Positions 12,729 to 24,072 are shown, counted from the first letter of the stretch. The stretch is 64,000 bases of DNA from Octopus vulgaris (GCA_951406725.2 OX597819.1:15686001-15750000); one strand, 5' to 3'. Notes: generated from the sequence alone by a model not told the origin. Made by a program: numbers and translations.

Positions 12729-13148
12729 AAGGCGGCGAGCTGGCAGAAATGTTAGCATGCCGGACGAAATGCTTAGCAGTATTTCGTCTGCCGCTACATT
12801 CTGAGTTCAAATTCTGCCGAGGTCGACTTTGCCTTTCATCCTTTCGAAGTCGATTAAATAAGTACCAGTTACACACTGGGGTCGTTATAATCGACTTAAT
12901 CCATTTGTCTGTCCTTATATGTCCTCTCTGTGTTTAGCCCCTTGTGAGTAGTAAAGAAATGGGTATTTCGTCTGCCGCTACGTTCTGAGTTCAAATCCGC
13001 CGAGGTCGACTTTGCCTTTCATCCTTTCAGGGCCGATTAAATAAGTACCAGTTATGCACTGGGGTCGATGTAATGGACTTAATCCATTTGTCTGTCCTTG
13101 TTTGTCCTCTCTGTGTTTAGCCCCTTGTGGGTAGTAAAGAGATAGGTA
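12729..13148 (+). mobile_element. SINE family B (Nin-domain-like), partial dimer
   Basis: GGCGGCGAGCTGGCAGAA..GAGTTCAAATT head, then GACTTTGCCTTTCATCC..GTCGAT..AAGTACCAG (resembles the Nin/Deu SINE domain); body duplicated. Copies at 14454-14665, 34626-35289, 47185-47595, 52223-52441, 62800-62970. Confidence 0.8.
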
Positions 13149-13506
13149 TACTTGAAATTGATGCTTTACCCCATTGCTTCTCTGAGTTTCATATTTCTCT
13201 TACATTCTTCAAGGAACATGTATTAAGCACTTACACCCCCCCACACACACTGCTGTATGGTTAAGAGGTTTGCTTTCCAACCACATAGTTTCGGGTTCAG
13301 GCCTACTGTGTGGTGCCTTGGGCAAGTGTATTCTGTTATGGTACAGGGCTGACGAAACCTTGTGAATAAATTCGGTAGATGAAAACAGCGTTGAGGGTCT
13401 AATCTGCATGTGTGTGTGCATGTATATATATATATATTTATTTATTTATATAGATGTGTGTGTGTGTGTGTGCCTTGACATCGCAATAGTTGTGTCCTTT
13501 ATTTTG

Positions 13507-14069
13507 AACCTTGCTTGGAAACATGTTTGGCCATGGGGGAAATATAACCTTGCTTGGAAACATGTTTGGCCATGGGGGAAATATAACCTTGCTTGGAAAC
13601 ATGTTTGGCCATGGGGGACTTATAACCTTGCTTGGAAACATGTTTGGCCATGGGGGAAATATAACCTTGCTTGGAAACATGTTTGGCCATGGGGGACATA
13701 TAACCTTGCTTGGAAACATGTTTGGCCATGGGGGAAATATAACCTTTCTTGGAAACATGTTTGGCCATGGGGAAAATATAACCTTTCTTGGAAACATGTT
13801 TGGCCATGGGGGAAATATAACCTTGCTTGGAAACATGTTTGGCCATGGGGGAAATATAACCTTGCTTGGAAACATGTTTGGCCATGGGGGACATATAACC
13901 TTGCTTGGAAACATGTTTGGCCATGGGGGAAATATAACCTTGCTTGGAAACATGTTTGGCCATGGGGGAAATATAACCTTGCTTGGAAACATGTTTGGCC
14001 ATGGGGGAAATATAACCTTGCTTGGAAACATGTTTGGCCATGGGGGAAATATAACCTTGCTTGGAAACA
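13507..14069. repeat. 39-bp minisatellite, 14 units plus a partial, inside a SINE A2 copy
   Basis: Unit AACCTTGCTTGGAAACATGTTTGGCCATGGGGGAAATAT. The ORF track shows 13-aa periodicity. Confidence 0.95.
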
Positions 14070-14867
14070 AGTGAGGGTTGGTGACAGGTCGGACATCTGG
14101 CCGTAGAAAACCCACCTCAACAAATTCTGTCCAACTCAGGCAAGCGTGGAAAAAGGGACAGTAAAATGATGATAAGGAGGAAGAATTTCTTTTATTCTCT
14201 GTTTATATATAAGTGTGTGTGTGTGTGATCATCATCATCATTGTTTAATGTCCGCCTTCCATGCTGGCAGAGAGTGTGAGAGAAGGGAGTATGGGTATGA
14301 TGGGAGAGCAAAAGTGATTGGTACAACATATGGTAGAGGAAGAAGTAATGGAAGAGATACAGTGATAGGTAGTCATGTTGATTGTTGGTAAAGAGATAGA
14401 ATAGGAAAACAGGATGTGTAGTATGAGGGGAGAGGAGGGAATGTTAGTAATGAAGGCGGTGAGCTGGCAGAAATGTTAGCATGCCGGGCGAAATGCTTAG
14501 TGGTATTTCGTCTGTCTTTATGTTCTGAGTTCAAATTCTGCCGAGGTCGACTTTGCTTAACATCCTTTCAGGGTCGATAAAATAAGTACCAGTTGCATAC
14601 TGGGGTCGATCTAATCGACTGGCCCCGTCCCACAAAATTTTGGGTCTTGTGCCTAGAGTAGAAAAGGATAGGAGTAATGAAAGTGAGAGAGTGATGAGGG
14701 TCAACAGAGAGTGATTATATACATCTCCCTCTGTCTTTACACACACACACACACACACAAACGTGTGCATGCATTTTCCTCTACTGTTCCCCATCTCTAT
14801 CCTCCACTCTTCTTCACACTCCCACAAATTTACTTACCCAGCCATGCCACTTCTCTTATATTCACCT

Positions 14868-15605
14868 TCTTATAACTCAAGGGTGCCACCTGACATGTCT
14901 CTTATAACTCAAGAGTACCTCCTGACATGTCTCTTATAACTCAAGGGTGCCACCTGACATGTCTCTTATAACTCAAGGGTGCCACCTGACATGTCTCTTA
15001 TAACTCAAGGGTGCCTCCTGACATGTCTCTTATAACTCAAGGGTTCCACCTGACATGTCTCTTATAACTCAAGAGTGCCTCCTGACATGTCTCTTATAAC
15101 TCAAGGGTGCCACCTGACATGTCTCTTATAACTCAAGGGTGCCACCTGACATGTCTCTTATAACTCAAGGGTGCCACCTGACATGTCTCTTATAACTCAA
15201 GGGTGCCACCTGACATGTCTCTTATAACTCAAGAGTGCCTCCTGACATGTCTCTTATAACTCAAGGGTGCCACCTGACATGTCTCTTATAACTCAAGGGT
15301 GCCACCTAACATGTCTCTTATAACTCAAGAGTGCCTCCTGACATGTCTCTTATAACTCAAGGGTGCCACCTGACATGTCTCTTATAACTCAAGGGTGCCA
15401 CCTGACATATCTCTTATAACTCAAGGGTGCCACCTGACATGTCTCTTATAACTCAAGGGTGCCACCTGACATGTCTCTTATAACTCAAGGGTGCCACCTG
15501 ACATGTCTCTTATAACTCAAGGGTGCCACCTGACATGTCTCTTATAACTCAAGGGTGCCACCTGACATGTCTCTTATAACTCAAGGGTGCCACCTGACAT
15601 GTCTT
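14868..15605. repeat. 32-bp minisatellite, ~23 units
   Basis: Unit TCTTATAACTCAAGGGTGCCACCTGACATGTC with a recurring variant (AAGAGTGCCTCC); no spacers. Confidence 0.95.
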
Positions 15606-17231
15606 CCTTCTTTTTTTTTTTTCCAAGTGAGGTAATGATGTATTTCTCCTACAGTAAGACAACTGTACCTTTCCCTCTCGGCTTACAGGGTCTTGTCTTG
15701 CATGTTACTTAGTATCTTCACGAGTGCTGGTTCCACATAAAAAGCCCCCAGTAGACACTTTGTAAACTGGTTGGCATCAGGAAGGGCATCCAGCTGTAGA
15801 ATCTGTGCGGAAGCAGACATTAGGGTTTGATGCTGTCTTCTGGCTCACTGGCTCCTGTTGAACTGTTCAACCCATGCTAGCATGGGCAATGGACAATAAA
15901 TGATGGTGACGATGCCCATACGTACACACACGCAATGATACGCTTTGTAGTTGTATGGAAATTAATATGTTAATATACTAAACCACTCCAGTGTGTTATT
16001 GTTAGGTTTTCCAAAAGTCATTTATGTAATCTATTTTAATTGTTCATAAATTAACTGATAAAAGAAAACAAAAAAAATTAGACACAATTTTGGGAGTGTT
16101 ATTCTGTCATTAAAGCATACACTAGTTGTTATTATTATTATTATCAAAGGCAGCTGATTGGCAGAACCATTAAAGTAGCAGCATATAATTGCTTTGCAGT
16201 ATTTGTTGTGGCTCTTTGCATTATGAGTTCAAATCCTGCCAAGGTTAACTTTTCCTTTCATTCTTTTGGGGTCAGTTAAATAAGTACCAGTTGAGCCCTG
16301 GGATCAATGTAATTGACTTGTCCCTTCCCCTAAAATGGGTGGCCTTGGACCAAAATTTGAATTATTATTTTTAAAGTTAACTGAGAAGTCTTGTTGAGTC
16401 AAGTAAAACCAATATTGTAGCTGTGGCCAGTGCCCCCTGACTGGCTCCCATGCTGGTGGAATGTAAAAAGCACCAACCGAATGTGGCCGATGCCAGAAAC
16501 CCCTGACTCGGTCTTGTGCTGGAAGTACGTAAAAAGCACTATCTGAATGTGGCCGATGCCAGTGCCCCCTGACTGACCCCTGTGCTGGAGGTACGTAAAA
16601 AGCACTATCTGAATGTGATCGATGCCAGGCCCACCTGACTGGCTCCTGTGCTGGCGGAATGTAAAAAGCACCCACTACACTCTCGGAGTGGTTGGCATTA
16701 GGAAGGGCATCCAGCTGTAGAAACATTGCCAGATCAAGATTGGAGCTTGGTGCAGCCGTTGGCTCTCCAGACCTCTGTCAAACCATCCAACCCATGCCAG
16801 CATGGAAAATGGACATTAAACAATGATGATGATTGATTGATTGTTAGTTAGTTAGTGTTAGACAAAATGTATTGCATGTATTCTGGGGATTTTCATGTTT
16901 CAAGTTCAAATTACACTCACATCAACTTTGTTTTGCCACTTTCCAAGGTTGATAAAATGAAGAACCAGTTGCTTATGTCAGAATTTCAGGTGGGTTCTTT
17001 CACCTGTCTATGACTGTGTTTTTAACACCTGGTGCTTTGAAGGAATCATCTCCACTGCACCACACTGCAGCCTGCTGGCAAACAAGCAAAGCACATACAT
17101 TGACTATGTGTGTTCGATAATGTTTACAACACTAACTTGGCTTCTAATTCATATTTGTGTTTATCCTTATGTATGTATTGCCCAGGCATGCCAGCAAATG
17201 GTTTTTTTATTTTAATGCTATTTACATATAA

Positions 17232-17391
17232 GCGCAGGAGTGGCTGTGTGGTACGTAGCTTGCTTCCAAACCACATGGTTCTGAGTTCAGTCCTACTGCG
17301 TGGCACCTTGGGTAAGTATCTTCTACTCTAGCCTCAGGCCAACCAAAGCCTTGTGAGTGGATTTGGTAGACGAAAACTGAAAGAATCCCGT

Positions 17392-17425
<34 letters not shown>

Positions 17426-18025
17426 CTCTTACTCTTTTACTCTTTTACTTGTTTCAGTCATCCGACTGCGGCCATGCTGGAGCACCGCCTTTAGTCGAGC
17501 AAATCAACCCCGGGACTTATTCTTTGTAAGCCCAGTACTTATTCTATCGGTCTCTTTTGCCGAACCGCTAAGTGACGGGGACGTAAACACGCCAGCATCG
17601 GTTGTCAAGCAATGCTAGGGGGACAGACACACAAACACACACACATACAAATACATATATATATATATATATACATATATACGACAGGCTTCTTTCAGTT
17701 TCCGTCTACCAAATCCACTCACAAGGCATTGGTCGGCCCGGGGCTATAGCAGAAAACACTTGCCCAAGATGCCACGCAGTGGGACTGAACCCGGAACCAT
17801 GTGGTTGGTTAGCAAGCTACTTACCACACAGCCACTCCTGCGCCTATTATATATATATATATATGTGTGTGTGTTTGTGTGTCTTTGTCATCCCAACATC
17901 GCTTGACAACCGACACTGGTGTGTTTCTGTCCCCTTAACTTAGTGATTGGGGGCGATTTGCTCGACTAAAAGGTGGTGCTCCAGCATGGCCACAGTCAAA
18001 TGACTGAAACAAATAAAAGAGTAAA
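17232..18025. mobile_element. Nested SINEs: a full minus-strand A1 copy (17424-17844) inside the microsatellite of a plus-strand A1 copy
   Basis: Plus head 17232-17390, (TA)n, inverted full copy, then plus tail 17864-18025. Confidence 0.8.
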
Positions 18026-18359
18026 GGGTATAGTCAAGGACTGGCAATTCTGTTCTCCTCCAATTCATTTCATGAATGAGGTTGAGAAGCCACAAAATTG
18101 GCGAAATGTTGATGCCCGTTGCTCCTGAATGGGATTTGGAGTTTGTCGTGTCACTAGTCTATGACTTTCAGGTGTTTTAACCCCTGGCGCTGAGATGGAG
18201 TCATCTCTACTGTGACGATTTGCGGCCTACTGGCAAACAAGCAGATCACATACACTAAGTATGTGTGTTTGATTATATATATATTTATGTGTATATATCA
18301 TCATCATCATCGTTTAACGTCCGTTTTCCGCGCTAGCACGGGTTGGACGGTTCGACCGT

Positions 18360-18393
<34 letters not shown>

Positions 18394-18632
18394 GTGTGTG
18401 TGTATATATGGGTGTGTGTGTATATATGTGTGTGTGTGTATTTATGTATATATGTGTATATATGTGTATGTATGTATATATATATATGTATGTATGTATG
18501 TATATATATATATATGTATATATATATATGTATATATATATATGTAACTTAGAATAACTTAGAAAGGTTTTTGGCCAGTATTGGCCCAGGCCATGTCTAA
18601 CTTAATAGCACCACCTGGCGAAGTTTTTCAGT

Positions 18633-21068
18633 TCAGGATTTGGGCACCAAGGCCCATTCGAGCAGAGAGTTATTGTTTGCGGAGACATATCCGGGTGTGG
18701 ATGGTTTGTCCGGTACTGTTTGAAGGAATTTGTCCAAGGACTTCTTGAATTTTGTGTGGTCAGTTTCTTTTTTGACGTGTCCGGGTGTAATGTTGAAGAG
18801 AGCGGGTCCAATTGAGGTGAAATAGTTGTGCCGTATTGTCGTTATGTGATGCGATTTAGATTTTTGTTGTGGACGGATGGCACGTGGTCCAAGCCTTGGA
18901 TGCATTTTGAAGGTGATGCCAACATCATTCGGACAGTGCTGATGGAATATTTTCCACATCATACAGATAATGTAGCGTTCACGGCGTCGTTGGAGTGAAT
19001 ACAATTTCAGCTTCTCTAGTCTACCCCAGTAGTCAAGGTCTGACATGCCATCTATCTTTTTTGTGATTGACCTTTGGGGAGCTTCAATTCTCATAATATT
19101 TTGTTTTGTGTAGGGAGACCACAGTGGACAGCAGTATTCAAGGTGGGGTCGGGCAAAAGTGGAGAAGAGAAGGATAATAGCGTGGGAATCTCTCGACTGG
19201 AAGGTTCTGAGAATCCAGGAACACATTCTGCGGGCCATGTCAACTTTGCTGCTTATATGTGTAGCCCAGCTTATGTTGTTGTCCACTGTTACTCCCAGGT
19301 CTCTGATGTTGTTGGATGCCATGAGAATTTCTCCAGAAGGAAGAGAGTATGGGAGTTTCAGAGCGTCCTCCCTTCCAAAGTGGATCAGTTCGAATTTGTC
19401 TTCATTTAGCAACATGTTATTCTTTTCCGCCCATTGGACAACAGCCAGTAGGTCTGACTGAAGGTTTATTCGGTCATCCACGCCATTGATGACCTTCTGG
19501 AGCTTGGAATCATCAGCGAAGGTTCTGATGTTGCTGTGTTTGATGGTGTCAGTAATATCATTTATGTAGATGATGAAGAGAAGTGGGCCCAACACAGTGC
19601 CTTGTGGGACACCACTGCTGACTTTGGCTGGGCTGGATTTGACTCCTTCGACTACAACATGTTGGGTTCTGTTAGAGAGGAAGCACTTGATCCATTGCAG
19701 CAGCTTTCCAGTGACACCAATATTGGACAGCTTTCTCAGAAGGATCTTATGATCAACCCTGTCAAAGGCCTTGCTGAAATCAAGGTAGATGACATCAGTG
19801 TTGGAACCCTCTCCCAAGGCTCTCAAAATGTCATCAAAATGATGCAGTAGCTGCGTCAGGCAATCTCTCCCATTACGGAATCCATGCTGGTTGGGGTTCA
19901 GCATATTATGACTCTCAAGGAAGTGAGTCATACGCGATCTCAGCACCCTCTCAAATACCTTGATGATATGAGAGGTGAGTGAGATTGGACGGTAATTCAC
20001 GGCAAGCGATTTGTTTCCTTTTTTGAAAACTGGGACAACAGACTGGGATAGAAGGTCTTCTGGTATATATCCAGCATCCAATGAGTTCCGCCACAGATTG
20101 GCTAGAGGGGGTGCAAGTTGGTTTTGACACATCTTCAAGACACAAGCAGGGAACCTATCGGGACCTACTGCTGAATTATGCTTCATTTCCTTTATTGCTG
20201 CTAAGACATCAGGAGCGCCAAATGTTATGTCCGATAAAGTGTATTGGGGAGTAACATCACTGATACAGCCCAGATCAGTCATATCAGGATTGCTGAAAAC
20301 AGAGCAATATTGTTTCTGCAATATTTCTCCCATGGTTTTGGCATTGTCTTGAAGAATACCATTTTCATCAATCAGAGGGCCAACAGTAGAACCAGTGACT
20401 CTGTGTTTTTTTGCAAATGAAAAGAACACTTTGGGATTGAGTTTGATCTTCTCAATGGCCCAGGCCTCTTCAGCTCTTCGCTGACTATTGATGATAGACA
20501 TCATGTTGTTTTGGAGTTTATGTTTTTTAATCTCTAGCGACGAGATGGCAGTCAGGTTGGTGTGTTGCTGTTGACAGTATTTCAGCATGTTGATCTTTTT
20601 GTTGATTCTTTTAATTTTCCTTATGAGAGATTTTCTATTTCTAGGGATTCGACACTTAGATTTGTTTGCAGATCTTAATGGGGTGTGTCTTGCACATATG
20701 TTCGTGATGGTGTCTACAAGTGACTGCCAGGACTTTTTGATGTTAGTGGGTGTGTATGTGTGCGTGAAGGACCAATCGACTTGTGCAAGATCATTATTGA
20801 TCGCTTCCCAGTTTGCATTGTGGAAATCCATAGTGTCAAATGGATGAACAGGAGGGATGACATTTGTTTTGCATTTTGGCCAGTGAAATCTCAGATCACA
20901 GAGAACCATGTCATGGTCGGAGAGTAGGGTTTTCTCCACTGCAATATTGTGGATAGTATCAGTGTGATTGCTGAAAATTAAGTCTAAGACGTTTTTGTGA
21001 CATCTCGTTGGTTCGAGTACCAGTTGGGACAAGAAGAAGTCATCCATGAAGTCAAGAAGCGATTCCAC
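18633..21068 (-). CDS. LINE ORF2: end of APE endonuclease plus reverse transcriptase
   Basis: [13 protein letters not shown] (APE C-terminus), PVFKKG..NYRPISLTS, QHGFR, YLDFSKAFDRVDH, SGVPQGTVLGPLLFIIYIND, FADDSK, RDLGV, RPHLEYCCPLWSP. The frame is open upstream to ~21098. Confidence 0.93.
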   Translation of the reverse strand: MESLLDFMDDFFLSQLVLEPTRCHKNVLDLIFSNHTDTIHNIAVEKTLLSDHDMVLCDLRFHWPKCKTNVIPPVHPFDTMDFHNANWEAINNDLAQVDWSFTHTYTPTNIKKSWQSLVDTITNICARHTPLRSANKSKCRIPRNRKSLIRKIKRINKKINMLKYCQQQHTNLTAISSLEIKKHKLQNNMMSIINSQRRAEEAWAIEKIKLNPKVFFSFAKKHRVTGSTVGPLIDENGILQDNAKTMGEILQKQYCSVFSNPDMTDLGCISDVTPQYTLSDITFGAPDVLAAIKEMKHNSAVGPDRFPACVLKMCQNQLAPPLANLWRNSLDAGYIPEDLLSQSVVPVFKKGNKSLAVNYRPISLTSHIIKVFERVLRSRMTHFLESHNMLNPNQHGFRNGRDCLTQLLHHFDDILRALGEGSNTDVIYLDFSKAFDRVDHKILLRKLSNIGVTGKLLQWIKCFLSNRTQHVVVEGVKSSPAKVSSGVPQGTVLGPLLFIIYINDITDTIKHSNIRTFADDSKLQKVINGVDDRINLQSDLLAVVQWAEKNNMLLNEDKFELIHFGREDALKLPYSLPSGEILMASNNIRDLGVTVDNNISWATHISSKVDMARRMCSWILRTFQSRDSHAIILLFSTFARPHLEYCCPLWSPYTKQNIMRIEAPQRSITKKIDGMSDLDYWGRLEKLKLYSLQRRRERYIICMMWKIFHQHCPNDVGITFKMHPRLGPRAIRPQQKSKSHHITTIRHNYFTSIGPALFNITPGHVKKETDHTKFKKSLDKFLQTVPDKPSTPGYVSANNNSLLEWALVPKS

Positions 21069-21649
21069 TGCCTCCCTGTCAGGGGTTGAGAGAGAAAACC
21101 TGGCGGCAGACTGTTTGTAGACCAGTCAACCCCGGGAAGGTTGAAATCTCCCATCATTAAAATGTTGTCAGGTTGACACTGCTGAATGAAACACTTTATG
21201 CTGTTGAGGCATTCCTTGAAGCATGGTAGGGGCGTTTGGGGTGGTCTGTAGAGCCCAACTACTGTTAAGTTGTTGGTTTGACTGAATACAGCGACTGCTT
21301 CGCAGTATCCATTCGAAAATATGTTCATGGCTTCTGTTGAGAATGAATCATGGACATAAATGGCAGTCCCACCCTTTCTTCTGCCAACACGATCAGCACG
21401 AATGGTTTTGAAATTTTTAACTTTCACCTCGGCTTCCAAGTGGAGGTCACTAAGATGGGTTTCAGTGAGGACGAAGAAAGGGATGTGGTTTGGATGGGCC
21501 TCGACCCAGTCCTCCAGGAATCTTATCTTCCATTTTTGTGTATTGGTGGAAGGGCTGATGCCTTGGGCATTAAGCAGAAATGTTGAGGCGAGAGTGGATG
21601 GTTTTAATTGTTTTGGTGATTTGTTTATTTGATTGCTTTTTAATGGCAT
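20984..21649 (-). CDS. LINE ORF2 N-terminal APE endonuclease, separated from the RT part by one frameshift near 21088-21100
   Basis: [41 protein letters not shown] motifs. The ATG at 21649 overlaps the ORF1 stop. Confidence 0.88.
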   Translation of the reverse strand: MPLKSNQINKSPKQLKPSTLASTFLLNAQGISPSTNTQKWKIRFLEDWVEAHPNHIPFFVLTETHLSDLHLEAEVKVKNFKTIRADRVGRRKGGTAIYVHDSFSTEAMNIFSNGYCEAVAVFSQTNNLTVVGLYRPPQTPLPCFKECLNSIKCFIQQCQPDNILMMGDFNLPGVDWSTNSLPPGFLSQPLTGRQWNRFLTSWMTSSCPNWYSNQRDVTKTS

Positions 21650-22833
21650 GTGTAGTGGGGTAATAGTGGTGGATGGCGGTGGGTGATAGCTCGGATGTTT
21701 TTTTCCAGTTCTTTTGCTAGATTCATTATAGCTAAAAAAGAGGAAGAAGAGGTGGTTTCCTGTCTAGGGAACCGCAGGTGACTGTGGCCGCGGCTATTTT
21801 TATGTGAGTGGTTATCTTTAAATGTCCAACGAGTCCCCGGGAGATGGGTAAAGGGGCAATCCCTGTGCAAACACAATCTGTCTCGCTGGGAATAGCGGCA
21901 GATTTGGGGATTCCTTGTTTGAGATATTGGTGGTTGTGGTGATGTTGTATTATGGTGGTTGCTGTTGTAGTTTGTGGGGATAGAGCGTTTTGTTCCAGGT
22001 AAATGGGTGAATTTGCAGTCTCTATCAGTGCACAGTCTATGGCGAAGAGAATATCGGCAAATGATGGGGTTTCGAGTGGGTGTGTAGGTGCGTGTGTGTG
22101 TGTGAGCTGTGAAGGGTGTAGATGATAGTTTGTTGAAGTTTTGGCGACCTTTGTGACCTGTAGGAGGTAAATTCCTTGAGATAGCATTAGTAGTAGTAGC
22201 TGTAGTAGTAGTAGTAGTAGGTAGAAGAGATGTTGACAGTGGTAATGATTGAGGAGGTCGATTCCAAGACAAAGATGTTTGTCGAAATATAGTGGGAGTA
22301 GTACTAGTAGTAGTAAGCAGAGGAGATGGTGTTGACAATGATGATGATTGAGCTGCTGGGGCAGTGAAAGGAAGGGGTGGTGCTTCCTGCTGTGTGACCC
22401 TGATGACTGGGGGGTCAATCGTTTCATTTAGCAAATCGGCCATTGTAGATGAATCAAGGAGTGGTTCATCCTGTTGTTGTTGTTGAGGTTGTTGCTGCTG
22501 AAGTTGTTGTTGTTGCTGTAGCTGTTGTTGTTGTTGTTGCCGCTGAGTTTGTTGTTGTTGTTGTTGTTGCGCCGGTGATGCGTTCGAAGAGAAAACACAT
22601 CTCAGTTTATCGAAGTGTTTATTTATTAATTTAAAAGCAACTTCGATTTGTTTTAATTTATTTTGGATCTGCTGTTCAGATCGAGTTTGCAAATGGTGAA
22701 CTGTTCGTTTAGCAATTTCGTTCAGACACGAAGCACCTATGCTCTCTGTTTCGGTAAGGCCATGCCATGTGTTGATAAGAACGTCGACTTCATTATCAGA
22801 CCAGTTTTTGTTGGATTTTTGGTGGCTAGCCAT
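21640..22833 (-). CDS. LINE ORF1 (397 aa): Myb/SANT-like N-terminus, polyQ/polyT linker, two CCCH zinc fingers
   Basis: Likely start [23 protein letters not shown] at 22833 (the longer track ORF runs through microsatellite). W..E...LI..W...IA....RS.QQIQNK.K pattern; two C-x8-C-x4-C-x3-H-LPGT motifs. Confidence 0.8.
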   Translation of the reverse strand: MASHQKSNKNWSDNEVDVLINTWHGLTETESIGASCLNEIAKRTVHHLQTRSEQQIQNKLKQIEVAFKLINKHFDKLRCVFSSNASPAQQQQQQQTQRQQQQQQLQQQQQLQQQQPQQQQQDEPLLDSSTMADLLNETIDPPVIRVTQQEAPPLPFTAPAAQSSSLSTPSPLLTTTSTTPTIFRQTSLSWNRPPQSLPLSTSLLPTTTTTTATTTNAISRNLPPTGHKGRQNFNKLSSTPFTAHTHTRTYTPTRNPIICRYSLRHRLCTDRDCKFTHLPGTKRSIPTNYNSNHHNTTSPQPPISQTRNPQICRYSQRDRLCLHRDCPFTHLPGTRWTFKDNHSHKNSRGHSHLRFPRQETTSSSSFLAIMNLAKELEKNIRAITHRHPPLLPHYTCH

Positions 22834-23071
22834 TCTGGTTGTATATATGTATATATATATATGTATATATGTATGTATATATATGTGTATATATGTATGT
22901 ATATATATGTGTATATATGTATGTATATATATGTGTATATATGTATGTATGTATATATGTATATGTATATGTATGTATATATGTATATGTATATATGTAT
23001 GTATATATGTATGTATATATATATGTATATATGTATGTATATATGTATATATATATATATGTATGTATATA

Positions 23072-23116
<45 letters not shown>

Positions 23117-23665
23117 GTATGTATATATATATATGTATGTATATATATATATGTATGTATATATATATGTATATATATATATATATGTATATATATATGT
23201 ATACATATATATATATGTATATATATATATGTAAAACTGTTTATCATATTTGTTATTTTATCTTTTGATTGTAAAAACATTTTTTTTAACACAAGCAAAC
23301 ACTCGGCATTAATTAGACATCAATTAAATACATATTCACATCTCTAAACAACTAAGGTTTCTGTTGGAATTTTCTTTTAACTATGAGTAGATACAAAACA
23401 GTCTATCTGTGTGTGTGTATATATATATATATATACACATGTGCACACACACATATACAAACATACTCAAATAGATATATTTTATTCTACCTAGTTTCCT
23501 TATTTGTTTCACCTTATCGAATCACCTTTTAACTTGTTTTTTTTGTTATCAATTTTTCTTTTCAGATCACAGATATACTTAAGACATTATGTTCAGTATT
23601 AGAGTGCATGGGACTGAATGTGTGTATGTTTGTGTGAGTGTGAAAAAAACAAACAATATATATAA

Positions 23666-24072
23666 GGACAGGCATGGCTGTGTGGTAAGAAGCTTGCTTC
23701 CCAACCACACAGTTCTGGGTTCAGTCCCACTGCATAACACCTTGGGCGAGTGTCTTCTACTATAGCCTCAGGTTGACCAAAGCCTTGTGAGTGGATTTGG
23801 TAGATGGAAACTGGAAGAAGCCCATCATATATATATATTTGTGTGAGTGGGGGTATGTGTCTGTTTTTCCCTCACCCCACCCCCTTGCAATCATTTGAGA
23901 ATGAATGCTGGTGTGTTCCTGTAACTTAGCAGTTTGGCAAAAGTGGCCGATAAAATAAGTAATAGGCTTACAAAGAATAAGTCCAGCGGTCCGTTTCTTT
24001 GTCTAACACTCTTTAAGGCAGTGCTCCAGCATGGCCGCAGTCAAAGGTCTGAAACAAGTAAAAGAGTAAAAG
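23666..24072 (+). mobile_element. tRNA-derived SINE family A1, full length
   Basis: Head GGCATGGCTGTGTGGTAAGAAGC..GGTTCAGTCCC, tail ..GAAACAAGTAAAAGAGTAAAAG. Partial copies at 25260-25422, 26800-26995, 29858-30200, 55912-56148, 61941-62078, 63871-64000. Confidence 0.8.

Larger units (their letters stand above)
18545..22841 (-). mobile_element. Near full-length CR1-group (APE-RT) LINE inserted in a TA-rich microsatellite
   Basis: ORF1 plus ORF2, ~90 nt 3'UTR with GGCCA-ATAC-TGGCC hairpin and (TTCTAAGTTA)2 terminal repeat; both ends abut TA/TG microsatellite. Confidence 0.92.

Noticed and set aside
13408-14123. Repetitive proteins of 167-232 aa in five frames
   Set aside because: Translations of a 39-bp minisatellite within a SINE.
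14868-15605. CRISPR-like array (32-bp repeat with palindromes)
   Set aside because: Units are directly adjacent with no unique spacers; no cas genes; eukaryotic context.
19074-20847. Plus-strand ORFs overlapping the LINE RT
   Set aside because: Antisense shadows of the RT frame with no recognisable motifs.
22834-23298. 155-aa N-terminal extension of LINE ORF1 in the ORF track
   Set aside because: Read-through of flanking microsatellite from a non-ATG start; complex sequence begins at ATG 22833.
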